Origin: Pseudomonadales bacterium | Lineage (GTDB): Bacteria > Pseudomonadota > Gammaproteobacteria > Pseudomonadales > UBA7239 | Assembly (NCBI GenBank): GCA_046347205.1 | Contig: JAXMGN010000001.1 | Location: forward strand, 750,035-814,034 | Direction of reading: 5' to 3' | DNA length: 64,000 nucleotides | Part shown: piece after piece, positions 19,546-29,016 of the stretch | How the letters are laid out: every line of letters starts with the position of its first letter | Numbering within the stretch: the stretch's first letter is position 1 | Notes under the pieces: generated by a model | What the model was told of the DNA's origin: nothing | Database searches by the model: none | What the model saw: only the letters and a program-made list of their open reading frames with translations | Program-made: the position numbers and the translations under genes

Positions 19546-19561
19546 TCGCTGTGGTGTGAAC

Positions 19562-20950
19562 TTATTTCAGCGCTTTCAGACCCATGTCATACAGTTCTTG
19601 TTTGACACGGTTGTAGTCTTCCATCAACGCTGGTTTCGGTTCGCATTTTTCGCAATCGTAAGCATCTTTGAAGTGGCGCGGGCCAGCACCGCTGGCTTTG
19701 TGTTTCTCTGTTTCTTCGTTGCGTTTGGCGAAGATTTTGTTCATCAAAATGTCCGCTTCTTTGGGGTCTTGTACTTCCAAAGTCGCCTGCATCACTTCGC
19801 CAACCAAACGGGTTTCCAAACCGGAGTGACCGCCGATCCACACATAACCCATGCCGTTGATAGTGTTGGACACTGTCATCGCCTGCGCCTGCCAGATACC
19901 GGCGTAAGTGCGCCAGTACGGCTCCATGCCGGCACACACTGAAGCGATCGGTAGTTTGACGTGGCGTTCAAACGCGCGTGTGGCAGCAGCAACAGCCCAC
20001 TGCGTTTCTTGATCGGACCAAGTACCGTCCAAGTGGTTGGCGAACATTTGCGTCATGCCGCCGTGGCCATAAGACAACTGACCGAGGGCGTTGCACACAA
20101 TGCCGATGGCCGTCTCTGCGCCGTCACGACAAATGGCGCCGGTGAGCGATACGCAAGATGTCCACGGCTCAATACCGCGATCTTGGCAATATTTCGCCAT
20201 CATGAACGCGTTCCAGTCGATTTTCATTTCAGGAATGATGTGGATGCCGATTTGTGTGTTCCATGTTTTGCGGCGATCAGGATTGTGATCATCGATGCAC
20301 GCAAAAGAAGCGGCGGCAGACGATGCGGTGCACAACAAACCTTGGTGCATACCAGGGCGACCTTCTTCGCGACAGATGCGTTGAATCTGTGCGCATTCCC
20401 ACTGTGCGGCGTACATTTCAGACAATGTGCCCGCTTTGGCAGAGTGACCGTGGATCACTTCGATACCGCCGGTAATGCCCATCGCTTTATTGGTTTTTTC
20501 TTTTACGAAAGAACGGATGTACGGGTCGTGCCAATCTTCACCGATAACACCGCAAGGACCGCCGGCAAGAATTGGCAATTTTTTCTCGAACGCTTTACGG
20601 TAGGTGTATTCGATACGATCTGCGCCTTCACCAAACTTCGATACGCGCGGATTCGAGTTGTAGAACTCTGCCGTGTCGCGAATTTCCTGTTCGGTCAGCG
20701 CGATAACGCGAAACGTGTTGTTGTGATAAATGCCGCACTCTGCCAACAATTTAACCGCCGCGTTGAAAACGCCGTCAGCAATCTCGTCAGAAATGACAGT
20801 ACTGTCCGGCGTGTATTTCACACCGAACTCTTCAGCGGCTTTGCGCAAGGTGCGTGACCACTTGATGTCAAACTTGCTGGATTTTTCAAATACTTCGCCA
20901 GTTTCAGCGCGGTTTTGAAACTCCATAATATCCATTAATTTACCGGCCAT
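19562..20950 (-). CDS. MtmB (monomethylamine methyltransferase) family protein lacking pyrrolysine; substrate:corrinoid methyltransferase of unknown substrate
   Basis: Several blocks resemble my recollection of Methanosarcina MtmB: KLLAECGIY, EEGRPGMHQG (cf. AGRPGMGV-Pyl-G), GLETRLVGEVMQAT, and the C-terminal ...YNRVKQELYDMGL. The ORF is uninterrupted, with no in-frame TAG. The ATG at 20950 overlaps the corrinoid-protein stop (TAATG) and is preceded by GGAGAG, so the track start at 20992 is rejected. Confidence 0.75.
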   Translation of the reverse strand: MAGKLMDIMEFQNRAETGEVFEKSSKFDIKWSRTLRKAAEEFGVKYTPDSTVISDEIADGVFNAAVKLLAECGIYHNNTFRVIALTEQEIRDTAEFYNSNPRVSKFGEGADRIEYTYRKAFEKKLPILAGGPCGVIGEDWHDPYIRSFVKEKTNKAMGITGGIEVIHGHSAKAGTLSEMYAAQWECAQIQRICREEGRPGMHQGLLCTASSAAASFACIDDHNPDRRKTWNTQIGIHIIPEMKIDWNAFMMAKYCQDRGIEPWTSCVSLTGAICRDGAETAIGIVCNALGQLSYGHGGMTQMFANHLDGTWSDQETQWAVAAATRAFERHVKLPIASVCAGMEPYWRTYAGIWQAQAMTVSNTINGMGYVWIGGHSGLETRLVGEVMQATLEVQDPKEADILMNKIFAKRNEETEKHKASGAGPRHFKDAYDCEKCEPKPALMEDYNRVKQELYDMGLKALK

Positions 20951-21609
20951 TATGCTGCTCTCCCAAAGTGTGCTGCCATAATATTTTTGCAAAGTGTGAC
21001 GGCTTCCATCGCGTTAGGTGCCCAGCCATCAGCGCCCATCATGTTGGATTTTTCTTGATTGGTTTCTGCGCCGCCCATCACCACTTTGAATTGATCTTGC
21101 AGACCCATGTCGTGCACATAGTTCACAACATCGCGGCAGTTGGGGATGGTAGTGACCAAGAACGCCGACAAACCGATGATATTGGCTTTCTTTTCTTTGG
21201 CGGCGTTGATGAATGCCATGGAATCCACATTCACGCCCAGTTGATGCACTTCAAAACCAGCGAGTTCCAATTGCTTGGCGACCAGGCCGTAACCGATGTC
21301 GTGCAAATCGCCAGACACCGCGCCGATCACCACCACGCCTTGGCGCTCGCCATCAGACGATTTAGGCAAATGCGGGTTGATGATTTTGATGCAGTTTTCA
21401 GCGAGTTCACCGCCCACCATCAATTCTGCAAGAAAATATTCTTTGGCTTCAAACAACTGACCAATTTTTTCCAAACCTTTGACGACACCATCTTTTAGTA
21501 CAGACACCGGATCCAAACCTGCGTCCAGACATTCTTGTACCAACTCTGCCGCTTCGTCGTCGAGATCGGCAATCAGTTCGGCAATTTCTGCAATATCGTT
21601 TTGATCCAT
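20950..21609 (-). CDS. cobalamin-binding corrinoid protein (MtmC/MtgC-like)
   Basis: 219 aa. An N-terminal helical cap domain is followed by a Rossmann B12-binding domain. It carries the DxHxxG motif (GAVSGDLHDIGYGLV) and downstream S.L and GG motifs. Confidence 0.85.
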   Translation of the reverse strand: MDQNDIAEIAELIADLDDEAAELVQECLDAGLDPVSVLKDGVVKGLEKIGQLFEAKEYFLAELMVGGELAENCIKIINPHLPKSSDGERQGVVVIGAVSGDLHDIGYGLVAKQLELAGFEVHQLGVNVDSMAFINAAKEKKANIIGLSAFLVTTIPNCRDVVNYVHDMGLQDQFKVVMGGAETNQEKSNMMGADGWAPNAMEAVTLCKNIMAAHFGRAA

Positions 21610-21653
21610 GGTGCTCTCCTCAGTATGTAGTGCGTGGTAATTTTGTTGGTCGA

Positions 21654-23729
21654 TCAGGCTGCTGTGCGTTCGCGGCGGCGGCGGCGTGATTCGGTGTCCG
21701 GTGGCGCGGGCTGAATACCATAGCGCGCCAGCGACGGAAATGCATGTTTTTTGTGGGGCAACAGCGTGGCATCGACAAAGTGCGGGACAAAGCTCGTCTC
21801 GTTGGTCAGTTCCACATAGTGAATGCGGCGTGCGATGTGTTCGGCCTCTTCGCGTTTTGCGCGATTCATCAGTGCCATGCGCGCGCCATCACCGGCGGCA
21901 TTGCCCACCGAGTGTGTGTTTTCAAAGCCAACATCTTGGAACAAGCCAATCATCAGCGAGCGCCGCAGATCAATGTGCGAGCCGAAGGCACCGGCGAGGA
22001 TGACTTTTTCCGGCTTGTCGCGCCCCAGTTTATCGAGCAGCACTTGGATGCCGGAGTACACCGCGGCTTTTGCCAACTGCACATTGCGCACGTCGTCAAT
22101 GGTCATGGTGATGTCGCGACCGAGCGCGGTTTCATTTGCCCATGCAATCACAAATTCGGGATCGCCGTCTTCACCACGCCGCAAACGCGGCGTTTCTATT
22201 TCCATATTGAATTTGCCATTCGTGGCGAGAATACCTGCTTTGTATAACTCACCTACGGCGTCGATGATGCCAGAACCGCATAAACCAATTGCACCAATAT
22301 CAGTCGCTTCTAAACGCGTATTCCACGCTTCTTTACCGATAACCTTAAAACGCACGTCGTAATTTTTTTCCACGCGTACTTTTTCAATCGCACCGCGTGC
22401 GGCGCGCACGCCGTATTTGATATTGGCACCTTCCAATGCGGGCCCTGTGGGGCAAGACGTAGAATAAATTTTGTCGCGGTTGCCCACCAAAATTTCACCG
22501 TTGGTGCCGATGTCCACAATCGCTACCAAGTCATCCGAGTTGTAAGGTTCTAGCGCAATCGCCACAGCGGTATTATCCGCGCCGACAAATCCCGCTTGGT
22601 TGGCCAACAAATGCACATTGATAGATGGCAATACATTCGTTAAATGTAAATCGCGCGCTTTCACGTTTACAGAATGTGCGATGCGTGGATTGAACGGCGA
22701 CTTGCCGAGCGAATCAGGATCCAAGCCGAGAAAAATATGGTGCATACAGGTATTCGCCACCAGCACAATTTCACTGATGTCTTCCGCTGCATAACCAGCG
22801 GATTGCGTCACGCGATCCGCTAATTCGCTCAACGCACCGGTGACTGCTTTTTGCATGCGATCCAGTTTTTCTGGATTATCACTCGCAGCGATGCGGTTCA
22901 TCACGTCGTCGCCGCCAATGCGAATTTGCGGATTCATTAATGATTCTGTTGCCAGTGTTTCACCGGTGTGCATATCACACAAATACGAAGCCATGGTGGT
23001 GGTGCCGAGATCAACCGCCAAGCCCAACCACTGCTGTGTGGTGTCGCCATTTTCAATGCGAATAATTTCACCTGCTTGATTTATTTCAGGTGTCCACACG
23101 GTAGCGGTGAGCTGCATCACTTTTGCGCGCTGTGGTTTGGCGAGATCGCTCAATTGTTTCAACGCAGTGAAATCGATACGCGCATCAATACCGTGTTCAG
23201 CTTTGAGTGCATCGCGCAGGCGTTCGAAATCGCCGCGATGATCTGCCAGTGTTGGTGCTGGTACGGTAACAAAATATTTGCGCGTCACAGGATCGCGCAC
23301 CGCCACCGGTTTACCTGCCGCTTTGCGCACAATCGCTTCGCGCACGCGTGCTTCTTCGGGAACAAAAACCACCGCGTCGCCGAGTACGCGTGTTTGGCAA
23401 CTGAGCCGTTCGCTGGTTTTGTACTGGTGTTTGCGCGCCAGTTTTTGTTCGTGTTCGCTGGCCGGTGTGACGTGTGATTCACGCGAGCGCAGCCCGTGGC
23501 GTGTGGCGGCCGTGACCATATGCCCCATCGACAATTCATGGCCTTCGTCGTCAAAGGTACCGTCCAACACTTGGCATTTGCATTTGGCACAAGCGCCGGT
23601 GCCGCCACAAATGGATTCAATGCCCACGCCCAATTCACGCGCAGCGGTGAGCAGCGGCGTACCAGCGGCAAACTGCCCTTTCTGACCGGAGGGCAGAAAC
23701 AGCACATCGTATTTCTCAACGGCACTCAT
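21654..23729 (-). CDS. RACo-type reductive activator of corrinoid proteins ([2Fe-2S] ferredoxin domain + ASKHA ATPase)
   Basis: The N-terminus is a plant-type ferredoxin (SICGGTGACAKCKCQV). The long C-terminal part has actin/sugar-kinase-like phosphate motifs (LAVDLGTTT, VDIGTNGE). Size (691 aa) and architecture match RACo/COG3894 rather than the RamA 2x[4Fe-4S] type. Confidence 0.8.
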   Translation of the reverse strand: MSAVEKYDVLFLPSGQKGQFAAGTPLLTAARELGVGIESICGGTGACAKCKCQVLDGTFDDEGHELSMGHMVTAATRHGLRSRESHVTPASEHEQKLARKHQYKTSERLSCQTRVLGDAVVFVPEEARVREAIVRKAAGKPVAVRDPVTRKYFVTVPAPTLADHRGDFERLRDALKAEHGIDARIDFTALKQLSDLAKPQRAKVMQLTATVWTPEINQAGEIIRIENGDTTQQWLGLAVDLGTTTMASYLCDMHTGETLATESLMNPQIRIGGDDVMNRIAASDNPEKLDRMQKAVTGALSELADRVTQSAGYAAEDISEIVLVANTCMHHIFLGLDPDSLGKSPFNPRIAHSVNVKARDLHLTNVLPSINVHLLANQAGFVGADNTAVAIALEPYNSDDLVAIVDIGTNGEILVGNRDKIYSTSCPTGPALEGANIKYGVRAARGAIEKVRVEKNYDVRFKVIGKEAWNTRLEATDIGAIGLCGSGIIDAVGELYKAGILATNGKFNMEIETPRLRRGEDGDPEFVIAWANETALGRDITMTIDDVRNVQLAKAAVYSGIQVLLDKLGRDKPEKVILAGAFGSHIDLRRSLMIGLFQDVGFENTHSVGNAAGDGARMALMNRAKREEAEHIARRIHYVELTNETSFVPHFVDATLLPHKKHAFPSLARYGIQPAPPDTESRRRRRERTAA

Positions 23730-24364
23730 GCCATTTCTCCCGTGCCGAGCATATGGCGCGCCACACGCTTCAACTCTTGTTTGTAGGTGTCTAGCCGCGC
23801 CACGGTTTCGCTATTGGCCAGTAGGGGCGCATCCATAATGAAGAACATCGACGCGCCGGCGAGAATCGACCAGAACTGCACGGGGTCGATGGCGCGGAAG
23901 GCGTTACTGCGACGACCTTCATCCAAAGTGCCGATCAAACGGGCAAACATGGGGTCGACAAACTGCTGCACCTCAGGGCGCAAACCGCCCTCGGAGCCAG
24001 CCACTTCGCGCATAAAAAGGCGCATCAGGGTGGGGCGCGCGCCTGCGAAGTCCAACCACGCTTCCACGGCTGCTTCTACACGGGCGGGCAGGTCGAGCGA
24101 GGAATCCAGCGCCGCGCTGATGCGGTCATTGAGCTGGGCAAATAGCCTCTCCAATACTGCGTTGTACAGCGTTTCTTTGTCTTGAAAATGATAGATCACT
24201 GCCGTGCGCGTAATGCCTACGTCTTCGGCGATGTCTTCTAAACGCGTGGGGTAAAAGCCGGTGGCGGCAAAGCGCAGCTCCGCCGCGCCGAGTATCAACT
24301 CGCGTGTTTCGTCCGCCTTAAGGGTAGTGCGGCGGGGGAGTGGGGCTACAGAACTTACTGACAT
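23726..24364 (-). CDS. TetR/AcrR family transcriptional regulator
   Basis: The N-terminal HTH reads ILGAAELRFAATGFYPTRLEDIAEDVGITRTAVIYHFQDKETLY. Its stop overlaps the start of the activase gene by 4 nt. Confidence 0.85.
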   Translation of the reverse strand: MSVSSVAPLPRRTTLKADETRELILGAAELRFAATGFYPTRLEDIAEDVGITRTAVIYHFQDKETLYNAVLERLFAQLNDRISAALDSSLDLPARVEAAVEAWLDFAGARPTLMRLFMREVAGSEGGLRPEVQQFVDPMFARLIGTLDEGRRSNAFRAIDPVQFWSILAGASMFFIMDAPLLANSETVARLDTYKQELKRVARHMLGTGEMA

Positions 24365-24372
24365 GCAAGTAG

Positions 24373-24388
24373 CTTACTCATGAGTAAG
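24373..24388. promoter_or_regulatory. perfect 16-bp palindrome, candidate TetR operator
   Basis: CTTACTCA|TGAGTAAG lies 9 nt upstream of the tetR ATG. On the minus strand it sits between a TTGCAA (-35, 24399-24394) and a TAAGCT (-10, 24376-24371) spaced 17 nt apart. A third half-site, CAGTAAG, lies at 24353-24360 inside the first codons. Confidence 0.5.
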
Positions 24389-24424
24389 TTTTGTTGCAAC
24401 TGGCGGAAGTGGATGAAAACGAGG

Positions 24425-25860
<1,436 letters not shown>

Positions 25861-25876
25861 TGCAGCTCAATCCAAT

Positions 25877-26560
25877 TCAAAGCGTGGACGGGTTGTAGTA
25901 GTGGCGGCCGTTGCGAATGGTCAGCATGTATTCCACCAGCGTGCGGTAATGTTGTGGATTGTTTGCTAAGTCGATTTCTGCTGCATTCACAATTAACAGT
26001 GGCGCATCGTTGTAGTAGTGAAAAAATTGCGTGTAGGCATCATTGAGTTGTTGTAAGTACTCCTGACTGATGCGTTGCTCCATGGAGATACCGCGTTGCC
26101 GAACACGCTTCATCAGAACATCAATCGGCGCTTGCAGATAGACGACTAAATCTGGCTTTGGTATTTCATGAATGAGTTGGTCATACACTTTTCTATAGAG
26201 ATTGTATTCATCGTCATCGAGTGTAACGCGTGCAAATAATGGGTCTTTTTCTAATAAAAAGTCGGCAACACGCAAAGGTGAAAACATATCATCCTGACGC
26301 AGTTCCTTAAATTGTTGGCTGCGTTGAAAAAGAAAATGCAGTTGTGTGGGTAACGCATTGTGCCGTCTATCTTGATAAAAACGCTCCAGAAAAGGATTTT
26401 CATCGGCGGCTTCTAGCAATGTTTGATAGCTAAAAGTGCCTGCGAGTCGTTTAGCCAAAGTGGTTTTTCCGACACCAATATTGCCTTCTACGGCCACAAA
26501 GCGCGGCAGCGTGCGATCTTCAAAATCAAAATGCAGATTAGCAAAAGGATCGTCGGTCAT
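25877..26560 (-). CDS. deoxynucleoside kinase family protein
   Basis: The P-loop is VAVEGNIGVGKTTLAKRLA, followed by dNK-like ERF and DR..Q blocks. The ATG at 26560 gives an ATGA overlap with the folK stop, so the track start at 26587 is rejected. Confidence 0.8.
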   Translation of the reverse strand: MTDDPFANLHFDFEDRTLPRFVAVEGNIGVGKTTLAKRLAGTFSYQTLLEAADENPFLERFYQDRRHNALPTQLHFLFQRSQQFKELRQDDMFSPLRVADFLLEKDPLFARVTLDDDEYNLYRKVYDQLIHEIPKPDLVVYLQAPIDVLMKRVRQRGISMEQRISQEYLQQLNDAYTQFFHYYNDAPLLIVNAAEIDLANNPQHYRTLVEYMLTIRNGRHYYNPSTL

Positions 26561-27063
26561 GTTTTGTTCGAGAGTGACAATGGCCACAACCCCTCAGTGG
26601 ATAGTGCGGGCAATAATGACGCAACACTGCACCCGTTGGGAAGCGTGAATTGCGGCGCAATGTCGGCGAGTGGCACGAGTACAAAGGCGCGTTCGTACAG
26701 GCGTGGATGCGGCAGGGTTAAACGATCATCGTGCATGCACACGCTGTCGTACAGCAGCAAGTCGAGATCCAGCGTGCGCGCACCCCAGCGTTCACGACGC
26801 ACGCGCTGCTGCTGCTGCTCGATAGTTTGCAGCGCATCCAGCAATGCATGCGGTGTTAGCGTTGTTTGGAGTCCGATCACACCGTTGATGTAATCGGGCT
26901 GATCGATTGGGCCGCCCACCGGATGGCTGCCATACCAAGGCGACACAGCCTGCACATGACAGAAAGGTAAGTTTTTCAGCGTGCTCACGGCGCGCTGCAC
27001 TTGCTGCAAAGGTTCGGCTAAATTGCTGCCGATACCCACATAAGCCGTTGCGGTGTGCGGCAT
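26557..27063 (-). CDS. folK: 2-amino-4-hydroxy-6-hydroxymethyldihydropteridine diphosphokinase
   Basis: 168 aa with AYVGIGSNL, RWGARTLDLDLLLY, LTLPHPR and the folK position after pcnB. Confidence 0.9.
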   Translation of the reverse strand: MPHTATAYVGIGSNLAEPLQQVQRAVSTLKNLPFCHVQAVSPWYGSHPVGGPIDQPDYINGVIGLQTTLTPHALLDALQTIEQQQQRVRRERWGARTLDLDLLLYDSVCMHDDRLTLPHPRLYERAFVLVPLADIAPQFTLPNGCSVASLLPALSTEGLWPLSLSNKT

Positions 27064-27067
27064 GCCG

Positions 27068-28444
27068 TTAGTGGGTGGTGGTTTTGCGCGAATTGCGGCG
27101 ACGGCGAGGATTGCGCGGCGCGCTGCTGTCGCGCTGAAGATTTTGACGCAGCTGCTCGCGTTCTTCGGGTGATGCCGTTTGATATTGCGTCCACCAAGAT
27201 CCCAAACCGTTTAACTCCTCGCCGACTTGTTCGCGCAATAGCAAAAAATCATAGGCCGCACGGAAACGCGGATGCTCCAATAATTTGTCTGCGCGACCAC
27301 CCTGTCTGCGCGTCAACTGCCATTGCAGTTCCCAAATTTCTTGCATCGGCAGCGTAAAGCGTCGAGGAATACCGATCAAACGCGTCTGTTCCCCTATCAC
27401 TTTGGGAATAATTTTTTGTAACGCTTGGTGTGGGTGTAAACCGTTGTGCTGTTCGCGTTGTTGCTCTTGTTGCAGCACCGGCCAGAGCAGTGCGGCGTAA
27501 AGAAAAGCTGGCGTAACACGCAAGTCGCCGCGGATGCGTGCATCGGTATTGGTTAGGGCTTGGCGAATCAAGCGATCCGTATAATTTTCCGCTTCAAAGT
27601 AACGCGCAGGCCCCGGAAACAATACATGAAACAAGCGGTACTGCACCATCAACGCAAATGTTTTGACGGCATAACCGGCCAGCAACAATTTGCTCATTTC
27701 ATCGAACAGGCGGGCATTGGAAATATCGCGCAATAGTGGTGCCAGTTGCGCAATGGGTGCGGCAGTATTTTTTTCGATAGAAAAATCGAGCTTGGCGGCG
27801 AGGCGTACAGCGCGCAGCATGCGTACAGGATCTTCACGATAGCGTGTGTCAGGGTCACCAATAATGTGAATGCGACGTTTTTCGATATCGCGTATACCGT
27901 TACAGAAGTCGCGAATGCAATGATCGGTGCCGTAGTACAGTGCGTTGACGGTAAAATCGCGTCGAATCGCATCTTCTTCAATGCTGCCATAGACGTTGTC
28001 GCGCAGTAGCAAGCCGCTGTCGTGCGCGATAGCTTCTTTGCCGTTGGAGGCATTGCTGTGGTGACCACGAAAAGTAGTCACTTCAATCACTTCACGCCCA
28101 AATAGCACATGCACGATGCGAAAGCGGCGGCCGATGATGCGCGAGTGGCGAAACACTTGCCGTACCTGCTCTGGCGTGGCACTGGTGGCTACGTCAAAGT
28201 CTTTGGGGCGCAAGCCTAGGAGTAAATCGCGTACGCCGCCACCGACGATGTGCGCGTCATAGCCAGCCTCTTGCAAGCGACGAATAACCTGCAAGGCGTG
28301 GCTGTTTATTTTTTGTTCAGGAATGCCGTGTTGCTGCGGCGTGATCACGGTAGCAATGGATGATTTGAGACCTTTTTTGCCCGTTTTCCTCGGAGCCTTG
28401 GAGGTTTGTGCGCTAGAAATGCGGCGTTTGATCCAATCGAGCAT
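27068..28444 (-). CDS. pcnB: poly(A) polymerase I
   Basis: 458 aa with IVGGGVRDLLLG, RPKDFDVAT and RRDFTVNALYY, the nucleotidyltransferase head of PcnB, plus a basic C-terminal tail. Confidence 0.9.
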   Translation of the reverse strand: MLDWIKRRISSAQTSKAPRKTGKKGLKSSIATVITPQQHGIPEQKINSHALQVIRRLQEAGYDAHIVGGGVRDLLLGLRPKDFDVATSATPEQVRQVFRHSRIIGRRFRIVHVLFGREVIEVTTFRGHHSNASNGKEAIAHDSGLLLRDNVYGSIEEDAIRRDFTVNALYYGTDHCIRDFCNGIRDIEKRRIHIIGDPDTRYREDPVRMLRAVRLAAKLDFSIEKNTAAPIAQLAPLLRDISNARLFDEMSKLLLAGYAVKTFALMVQYRLFHVLFPGPARYFEAENYTDRLIRQALTNTDARIRGDLRVTPAFLYAALLWPVLQQEQQREQHNGLHPHQALQKIIPKVIGEQTRLIGIPRRFTLPMQEIWELQWQLTRRQGGRADKLLEHPRFRAAYDFLLLREQVGEELNGLGSWWTQYQTASPEEREQLRQNLQRDSSAPRNPRRRRNSRKTTTH

Positions 28445-28659
28445 TGATATGTAGGTCAGAGGTAAGTTGCGACAACGAGGGAGTGTAGCACAGCGCTTCT
28501 GGGGTCATTGCGAGCGTGGTAAGCGAATTTGGAGAAATTATTGCATCAGGGAGTACAAGCGGAAAAAGGTTTGTGCTAGGCTAACGCAGTCCTCATTGGC
28601 AGGGGGGATTAATGAAGATCCTGCCGTAATATCAATTGATAAACCATGGAGTCTCTCTG

Positions 28660-28899
28660 ATGAAAACCACTCTGTTGAAAGCATCTGTTGTTGCTGCAAC
28701 TCTCGTTTTGGCTGCTGGCTGCGCAAGCAACGGCGACTTGGAAAAAGTGCGTGAAGAAGCTGCTGCTGCTCAGCAAACTGCTGACGAAGCAAAAGCTGCT
28801 GCTGCTACTGCTCAGTCTACTGCTGACGAAGCTAAGCAATTGGCTACCGACGCTAACACCAAAATCGACCGCGCCTTCAGAAAATCTATGTACAAATAA
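28660..28899 (+). CDS. lpp: Lpp/OprI-like major outer-membrane lipoprotein
   Basis: The lipobox is LVLAAG/CASN. An Ala/Gln/Glu-rich coiled-coil body follows, and the protein ends in a C-terminal Lys (..SMYK). The ATG at 28660 was chosen (track start is 28636). Confidence 0.8.
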   Translation: MKTTLLKASVVAATLVLAAGCASNGDLEKVREEAAAAQQTADEAKAAAATAQSTADEAKQLATDANTKIDRAFRKSMYK

Positions 28900-28953
28900 G
28901 TTTTGTGCACAGACGGGCTGCTGAGAGGTGACTCTTGGCAGCTTGGCGAGAAG

Positions 28954-28990
28954 CCCGCTACGCGTTGTGAAACGTTTAGCGGGTTTTTTA
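28954..28990 (+). terminator. intrinsic terminator after lpp
   Basis: CCCGCTAcgcgttgtgaaacgtTTAGCGGG is followed by TTTTTTATT. Confidence 0.75.
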
Positions 28991-29016
28991 TTGCAGGTTT
29001 ATTTTGCCGCCAAGCG

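Noticed and set aside
19961-20857. A 298-aa plus-strand ORF, and several other ORFs of 60-180 aa, within 18.6-23.8 kb
   Set aside because: They lie antisense to genes with clear family motifs (MtmB-like, corrinoid protein, RACo, pterin-binding MT). Their translations are Arg/Ala/His-rich low-complexity sequence with no motifs. These are typical shadow ORFs of GC-rich coding sequence.
19562-20992. Possible pyrrolysine (in-frame UAG) recoding, or a split gene, in the MtmB-like ORF
   Set aside because: The frame is continuous with no TAG. No pylTSBCD-like genes are visible in the window. The upstream 14 codons (to 20992) overlap the corrinoid gene and lack an RBS.
7385-24424. The idea that the whole interval between ridA and gmk is a horizontally acquired genomic island
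   Set aside because: There is no integrase, transposase, tRNA or flanking direct repeat. The interval includes core genes (ctp, dtd, pckA). I could not see an obvious compositional break by eye. It is kept only as a synteny-break observation.
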